Source: Vulcanimicrobiaceae bacterium
Lineage (GTDB): Bacteria > Vulcanimicrobiota > Vulcanimicrobiia > Vulcanimicrobiales > Vulcanimicrobiaceae
Direction: 5' to 3'
Assembly: GCA_046262595.1 (NCBI GenBank)
Contig: JBHEMM010000030.1
Location: 1 to 32,253 of the forward strand
DNA length: 32,253 bases
Made by a program: the position numbers and the translations under genes. The notes below the pieces were generated by a model. It saw nothing but the letters and a program-made list of their open reading frames with translations. It had not been told where the DNA came from and ran no database searches. Shown piece by piece: positions 26,716 through 32,253 of the stretch (positions within the stretch are counted from its first letter, which is position 1; each line of letters begins with the position of its first letter).

Positions 26716-28323
26716 TCATCCCCACCGCTGCCGGTAGCGTTCGTTCGGAACCAAATACATCACGGCATTCGCGTAGTCGAAGTATACGTCGAAGTTGCGA
26801 AGCACGTCTTGACCGATGAGGCCGTCGTAATCGTCACCCTCAAAGCTTGGCGCGTCTTTCGACACGTCGAACAGCCATTTCGGAAACGTGATGCTGCCGA
26901 TCGAGAGCGACGGGACCTGCACGGGGCGCACCTGCACCTTGCCGCCCACGCCGTAGATCTGGCTGATGAACGGATACGACGCCGTCATCGATTCACCCAA
27001 ACCTTGATCCGCGACGTCTGCCGTGTGCGCTTGCGCGAACCCGGAGAAGATCATGCTGCGGTCCGCGCCCGTGTCGACGATGAAATGATGGGCCGCCGCC
27101 GATCCGATACGCGCGTCGATCACCGGAACGCCGTCGTCCAGTCGGAGCGGAATCTTCATCGCAGCAGCAGGCGGCGTGAATGAGCCGGGGGCGATGGCTT
27201 CCACCGTGGAGTTGTAGTAGTCCACGTGCATGACGGCGCCGGCGATAAAGTCGTATCCCATAAGGCCGGCGACCGGAGCGCCGTCGTACGTTTCGTCTGC
27301 GTACGGTGCGGTTTCGGCTGCGACGTTCTGCATCGTGACGCCGCCGAAATCGACTTCCGGTATCAACGCCTCTGCGGTAAGGTATTCCCCGGCCGTCTCG
27401 CGCGTCCAAGACCCGTACGATTTCACGCCGGTCGCATCGGCAACGGCGCGGTTCAGTAAAATGCCGGAGGCGCCCGAATCCATCTGCAGGCTCACTTTAT
27501 GCGCGCCGATTCGCATTGTAAGAATAATGCGGTCGCCGCTGAACGTGACGGGAAGCGCGGCACGCGCGCCGCTGAATGCAACGGTGGGCACGTTCGGCGG
27601 AATCGCTACCTTGGCCGGATCGACGCGGCCGCCCCATTCCAGGCTCTGCACTTTCCAGTCCGTGTCGTCGCCTTTGATGCCGTTCGTTTGATGGATGTGC
27701 CAAGGCCGCCGCACGCCTTGTGTGAGGCGGTAATCGTCGTAGGTGAAGCTCACGCGCTTGCCTTCGGAAGCATTGTCGTCGCGTGAGACGAGATACGTGG
27801 CCGCGTCGTAGTAGAGATACTCGATGCGTCCGCGCGGAGGATCCACCTTGACGACGTAGGCCGCACCGGGATCTTTGACGACGCCCAAGAGCTTGACGTA
27901 GGGCGAGCTGTTCGAAGCATTCTCGAGCGCGGCCGTATTGACGTCGTCGCGTGAATGAAGGCCCGTCATCGTGCGGACTAGACCGTTGCGGTTTTGCTCC
28001 CACGCCGTCGTGCCGTGCTTGCCGGAAGCGCTGTGAAAGACGCCCAGAATCGTGTCTTGGCGGGAATCGCCGTTTACGGCGTACTCCGTTTGGCTTCCGG
28101 TAAGCACGCCGTCCACGTATGTTCGCGTTTCCGCGCGGGTGTGCGCGGTTCCGGGAGCAAGTTTTCCGGTTGCCGCCCGATGCAGCGCCAGCAGGCGCGT
28201 GAGGGTCATTGTGGTCGGCGCTATGCCGTCGGGCGCTGAGGTTCCGTCGTCGGCCCGCGCGGTTGAAAGCGCAGCCGTTGCAATGAGTGCGGCCGCTATG
28301 GCGCAGCAGATGCCGTTCTTCAT
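26716..28323 (-). CDS. Secreted protein with an N-terminal beta-rich domain and two retropepsin-like aspartic protease domains (motifs intact)
   Basis: Signal peptide; LQMDSGASG ... GLMGYDF and FIVDTGADRS ... GLIGQDVL. Confidence 0.85.
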   Translation of the reverse strand: MKNGICCAIAAALIATAALSTARADDGTSAPDGIAPTTMTLTRLLALHRAATGKLAPGTAHTRAETRTYVDGVLTGSQTEYAVNGDSRQDTILGVFHSASGKHGTTAWEQNRNGLVRTMTGLHSRDDVNTAALENASNSSPYVKLLGVVKDPGAAYVVKVDPPRGRIEYLYYDAATYLVSRDDNASEGKRVSFTYDDYRLTQGVRRPWHIHQTNGIKGDDTDWKVQSLEWGGRVDPAKVAIPPNVPTVAFSGARAALPVTFSGDRIILTMRIGAHKVSLQMDSGASGILLNRAVADATGVKSYGSWTRETAGEYLTAEALIPEVDFGGVTMQNVAAETAPYADETYDGAPVAGLMGYDFIAGAVMHVDYYNSTVEAIAPGSFTPPAAAMKIPLRLDDGVPVIDARIGSAAAHHFIVDTGADRSMIFSGFAQAHTADVADQGLGESMTASYPFISQIYGVGGKVQVRPVQVPSLSIGSITFPKWLFDVSKDAPSFEGDDYDGLIGQDVLRNFDVYFDYANAVMYLVPNERYRQRWG

Positions 28324-30011
28324 TGCTTTACTTTGAACGCCTTGAAGAAGTCGGCATTCGGCTTGAGAAAGATCCGGTTGTGCGGATAGTCTAGGTAGAT
28401 GTCGTAATAGCGCAGCAGATCGCCGCCCATGACGGCATCAACCGGGTGGCCGCCGAACTCAATGTCACCGTCGGCCGCCACGATCTGATAGTTCAAGAAG
28501 TGCGCGGGGCCGAATTGCACATCCGGAACTTTTCCGAGCCAGACGTGCACGTCTTTTCCGTAGCCCTTCGAGTCGGCAAACGGAATGGTGGCCATCCCAT
28601 GGTCTTTCCCCGTGACCACGTCCTTGACCGATTCTGGATACTTGCCGGTGAAGCCGCCGAACACATACGACATTTCAAAGTCATTATCGAACAAGATGTT
28701 CGCGCTGATGTGCGAGTCGAGCGTTCCTTGAAAGAACGGATAGCCCGAGTCGAAAAGGACCGGTATGGAGTACGCGTCGCCGCCGAGCGCCGGATTGTCA
28801 AAATCCTGCGCCGGAAACACGTCGAGCGTGCTGTTGTCGTAGTCGATTTTGAACACTCCGGTGGAGAGCACGTCATAGCCCAGGACGCCCACGACTTTCG
28901 TTTCGTCGTTCAAATGATAGTGGAACGGCGTTGCGCGCACGGCAAGTTTGCGAAGCATGAGGCCGCCCAGGTCGGCCGCGGGCAGAATCGTATCGTAGGG
29001 GACGTCTTTGCCTTCGGCATGCGTCACTTGGCCATAGCTGGGCAGCTGCAGCTGCTGCGCGACGTCGAAGTCGATCAGCGTGTCCGGTTCGGCGGCTGAG
29101 ACGGCAAAATCGAGACCGCGGCCGCCGATGTTCAGGCGCACGACCAGAGTCGGTGATTCGGCATCGTGTTCGTAGCCGTTTCCGACATCGATAGTCCACT
29201 GATCCCAGAACACTTTCGCGGGCAGCTTTTGATGACCGCTGAACGATTCAAATGCGAACGACGAGGCCGGCATCGTAAACTGCATGGCGTCTAGGTCGCC
29301 GCCGACTTTGAGCGATGAACGCTTGAAGTCGAAGTCCAGCGAGGGCGTGCCGTCGCCGGCGTGCACGTGCCAGGGCTGGCTCAATCCCTTGGTTTTGCGG
29401 TAGTCGTCGTATGCGATCGTAATGCGCGTGCCGTCCGACACGTGCGAAACCTTTTGAATTAAGCCGGATTGTTTGTCGTAATAAACATACTCGGAATGCT
29501 TCTGTCCCGTTTGTTTGACGGCAAGCACGTAAGCGGGCCGCGAATCGGCCGTTTGGCCCAGCAACGTGACATCGTTCTTGGGATCGGAAGCGTCGTTGAG
29601 CGCATTCATGAAGAGCAGCATGTCGAAGCTGTTTTGATCGTGCGAGCCCGCCGGTGAGACGACGCCGTTCTGATCGCGGTGCCAGCCGTGGCCCAAGAAT
29701 TGACCGTACTCGTCGGAAAGCGGACCGCTGGTAATGTGCGCGTAGTAGTCGAAGCCGCTGCGAACGAGTTTCTCGGTACCGGCCAGGCCGGCGCGCGTGA
29801 ACGTCCACTCCTCACTGCTCGTATCCTGGACGCCGGGCGGCCTCTTTCCGGCGGCGGCATCGTAGGCATTCAGGATCTGCGAGATCGGCACGGTTGCAGG
29901 CAACAAGCCTTCGGGCCGCGCGTCGAGATCCTTGGCAAAGGCCGGTGCGGCCGTACAGAGCAGCGCCGCCCCAAAAAGCACTGCCGCAACGAAAAACAAC
30001 ACCCGTTTCAT
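28320..30011 (-). CDS. Secreted paralog of the adjacent aspartic protease with degenerate catalytic motifs
   Basis: Signal peptide; shared segments (EYVYYDK/EYLYYDA, YDDYRKTKG..PWHVH / YDDYRLTQG..PWHIH, YDIYLDY / FDVYFDY); FAVSAAE and ILFDNDF replace D[ST]G; SD GGGGAG; ATGA overlap. Confidence 0.82.
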   Translation of the reverse strand: MKRVLFFVAAVLFGAALLCTAAPAFAKDLDARPEGLLPATVPISQILNAYDAAAGKRPPGVQDTSSEEWTFTRAGLAGTEKLVRSGFDYYAHITSGPLSDEYGQFLGHGWHRDQNGVVSPAGSHDQNSFDMLLFMNALNDASDPKNDVTLLGQTADSRPAYVLAVKQTGQKHSEYVYYDKQSGLIQKVSHVSDGTRITIAYDDYRKTKGLSQPWHVHAGDGTPSLDFDFKRSSLKVGGDLDAMQFTMPASSFAFESFSGHQKLPAKVFWDQWTIDVGNGYEHDAESPTLVVRLNIGGRGLDFAVSAAEPDTLIDFDVAQQLQLPSYGQVTHAEGKDVPYDTILPAADLGGLMLRKLAVRATPFHYHLNDETKVVGVLGYDVLSTGVFKIDYDNSTLDVFPAQDFDNPALGGDAYSIPVLFDSGYPFFQGTLDSHISANILFDNDFEMSYVFGGFTGKYPESVKDVVTGKDHGMATIPFADSKGYGKDVHVWLGKVPDVQFGPAHFLNYQIVAADGDIEFGGHPVDAVMGGDLLRYYDIYLDYPHNRIFLKPNADFFKAFKVKQ

Positions 30012-30159
30012 GCGTGTCTCCCCACGGCAAAACGCCGTACCGCGTTATTGGCGGGCGGTGGCCCGGCCGCCTGTGTCTTTAGGCAATGGGGCTTTTGCTC
30101 GGGGCGCGGAATCGTTATGGGATGAAACCCGTACGACGGACGGCGGTTATTAACAAGCG

Positions 30160-30828
30160 ATGACGATGCGGTATCAAGCGCCGGCCCAGCCCTTAGGATA
30201 TGCAGCAGCGCTTCCGGCGCAAAGTCTGCTCGGAGCCGTTTTAGGAATCACCTCGCTCGGTTTAGGTGTAACGGCGGCTGCGGCTTATATCTTCGGCGGC
30301 GTTTCGTACGGCGCCGGACTGGCGGCGCTCATTGCCGGCTTTATCTTACTCTTCGCAATCAATGCGACGCGCGCGAACGGAGCGCTCTCGCTCACGCTCT
30401 TTTACGCCTTCACCGCGCTCGAGGGCGTGGGACTCGCGCCGACCATTCATGCGTATGCCGCAGCGGTGGGGCCGGGCGTGGTCGTCGATGCAGCGGGCAC
30501 GACCGCAATGGGCATGGCCGCACTTGCGTGTATCGTTTACGCGACCGGCTTGGATCTGCGGCGCTTTCAGGGATACTTTTTCCTCGCGCTGATCGGATTA
30601 GTCCTCGCCGGCATCGTCTCCGCATTTACGCATTTTCTGCATCCCGCGCTTTACTCGTGGCTCACGCTCGCGCTCTTCACCGGACTCGTTCTGATTGATT
30701 TTGCGCGGATACGCGCCGGCGGCGACGGCCTTGCGCCGGTCCAGCTTGCCGTGCAGATCTACTTGGATGCGATCAATATCTTTCTTGCCGTCTTGCAGTT
30801 GCTCGGGGCACGCCGCAGCGAAGACTAA
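30160..30828 (+). CDS. Bax inhibitor-1/YccA family membrane protein
   Basis: About 7 hydrophobic segments; FYAFTALEG, LFTGLVLIDF, AVQIYLDAINIFLAVL. Confidence 0.9.
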   Translation: MTMRYQAPAQPLGYAAALPAQSLLGAVLGITSLGLGVTAAAAYIFGGVSYGAGLAALIAGFILLFAINATRANGALSLTLFYAFTALEGVGLAPTIHAYAAAVGPGVVVDAAGTTAMGMAALACIVYATGLDLRRFQGYFFLALIGLVLAGIVSAFTHFLHPALYSWLTLALFTGLVLIDFARIRAGGDGLAPVQLAVQIYLDAINIFLAVLQLLGARRSED

Positions 30829-30831
30829 GGC

Positions 30832-32193
30832 ATGTGCGGCATAGCGGGGGTCTACGCTCCGGGACAGGACGCGGCGCGTTTGGCCTTCTTTGCGCTCTAC
30901 GCCCTGCAGCACCGCGGCCAAGAGTCCGGCGGCATCGCCGCCGCCGATGGGCGGACCATCCGTTCGCATAAAGATATGGGCCTGATGGGCGCAATTTTCG
31001 ATGAAGAGATTTTAAGCGGCTTGAGCGGCCATATCGCGGCCGGCCACACGCGGTACTCCACTTCCGGTTCCTCGATCGTCGTGAACGCGCAGCCGCTGCT
31101 CGAACGAACCGAACTCGGAGACTTCGCATTCGCGCATAACGGCAATCTCACGAACACCGACGAACTGCGCGAAACGCTTTCGCCGGCCGTTACGCTGCAA
31201 GCCACATCCGACTCCGAGGTCATGGCGAAAGTGCTCGTGGAGACGCACGGCAGCATGATGGACCGCATTACGTCCGTGCTCAAGCACGCCCGCGGCGCGT
31301 ACTCCATCGTGCTGTGCACCGTCGACGAGCTGTACGCGTTCCGCGATCCTTGGGGCGTGCGTCCGCTGTGTCTGGGACGCTTAGCCGGCGGATGGGTCGT
31401 TGCTTCCGAGTCGTGCGCGCTTTCAACCGTCGGCGCGACGTACGAACGCGAGCTCGAAGCGGGCGAAATTCTGCGCATCGGCGCGCACGGCATCGAGTCG
31501 AAGATCGTGCGCGTGGACGAAACGCCCGCGCTGTGCATGTTCGAATACATCTATTTCGCGCGTCCCGATTCGAAGCTGAACGGCCAGTCCATCTACATGG
31601 CGCGCTACCGCATGGGCCGCGCGCTCGCCAAAGAGTATCCCGTTGATGCCGACGTCGTCATGGCCGTGCCTGATTCGGCGGTGCCCGGCGGCATCGGTTA
31701 CGCGGCGCAGAGCGGCTTACCGTACGTCGAAGGGCTCATCAAGAACCGCTACATCGGCCGCACGTTCATCAGCCCCGATCAAATGATGCGCAGTCGCGGC
31801 GTGCAGCTCAAGTTCAATCCCGTCGTCGAGAACTTGAAGGATCGTCGCGTCGTCGTCGTCGACGACTCGATCGTGCGCGGAACGACGACGCCCCGCATCG
31901 TGCAGTTGCTTCGCGAAGTGGGAGCGAAGGAAGTGCACGTGCGCATTACGTCCCCACCGATCAAACACCCGTGCTACTTGGGCGTCGATATGGCGACGTA
32001 CGACGAGCTTATCGCGGCAAATTACACGGTCGATCAGATTTGTTCGAAGATCGGCGCGGATTCGCTGGGGTATTTGAGCCTGGCGGGCTTGGTGGACGCC
32101 ACGCAGCGCGATGCGAATGCGATGTGCTTGGGCTGTTTGACCGGCGTGTATCCAAACGTGCCGGCGGCACACGAGCCGCGCGTTCTCGCCTGA
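30832..32193 (+). CDS. purF: Amidophosphoribosyltransferase (Fe-S type, no propeptide)
   Basis: MCGI N-terminal nucleophile, LQHRGQE, GHTRYST, HNGNLTN, VVDDSIVRGTT; Cys ligands CMFE, PCYLG, CLGC. Confidence 0.96.
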   Translation: MCGIAGVYAPGQDAARLAFFALYALQHRGQESGGIAAADGRTIRSHKDMGLMGAIFDEEILSGLSGHIAAGHTRYSTSGSSIVVNAQPLLERTELGDFAFAHNGNLTNTDELRETLSPAVTLQATSDSEVMAKVLVETHGSMMDRITSVLKHARGAYSIVLCTVDELYAFRDPWGVRPLCLGRLAGGWVVASESCALSTVGATYERELEAGEILRIGAHGIESKIVRVDETPALCMFEYIYFARPDSKLNGQSIYMARYRMGRALAKEYPVDADVVMAVPDSAVPGGIGYAAQSGLPYVEGLIKNRYIGRTFISPDQMMRSRGVQLKFNPVVENLKDRRVVVVDDSIVRGTTTPRIVQLLREVGAKEVHVRITSPPIKHPCYLGVDMATYDELIAANYTVDQICSKIGADSLGYLSLAGLVDATQRDANAMCLGCLTGVYPNVPAAHEPRVLA

Positions 32194-32222
32194 GCCGGCA
32201 CCTCGCCACGGCGCTGGCGTCG

Positions 32223-32253
32223 CTAAGCCTTCTTTTGGGCTGCAGTCATGCCC
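32223..32253 (-). CDS. Possible 3' end of a convergent gene starting beyond the window
   Basis: Minus-strand reading ...GMTAAQKKA-TAG ends 29 nt after the purF stop; too short to verify. Confidence 0.25.
   Translation of the reverse strand, partial: GMTAAQKKA

Noticed and set aside
1..32253. CRISPR arrays, tRNA/rRNA genes, purine or ZTP riboswitches before pur genes
   Set aside because: No periodic repeats or recognisable RNA signatures; gaps before purB, guaA and purF are too short for such aptamers.

Overview
GC-rich bacterial chromosomal window; by inference a Terrabacteria-type organism, possibly Eremiobacterota/Vulcanimicrobiota (not provable from this window). It is mostly nucleotide and cofactor metabolism. 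Order: a low-GC orphan membrane-protein gene running off the left edge (-); ribBA with an N-terminal XRE-type HTH fused to it, then ribH; a zinc-ribbon gene, mtnA, holA; purine block 1 (purB, a PAICS-like purC-purE fusion whose PurE half looks catalytically dead, purL, purQ, a double-length PurS, an internally deleted archaeal-type purP, a secreted hypothetical); a complete 7-gene reductive pyrimidine catabolism operon on the - strand; a second, full-length archaeal-type purP-like gene, tpx, guaA, purD; two tandem secreted double-retropepsin genes on - (one with intact, one with lost catalytic motifs); a BI-1/YccA gene and purF. No tRNA, rRNA, CRISPR or transposase was recognised. Best candidates for new biology: (1) an HTH-RibBA self-regulating enzyme with a palindromic operator on its own apparently leaderless promoter; (2) a mosaic purine pathway combining animal-like PAICS/ADSL, a single-chain PurS dimer and an archaeal PurP pair; (3) an active/pseudo aspartic protease pair; (4) a recurring sigmaH-like promoter motif in front of SD-less starts. 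All assignments come from motif recognition by eye; no searches were run.
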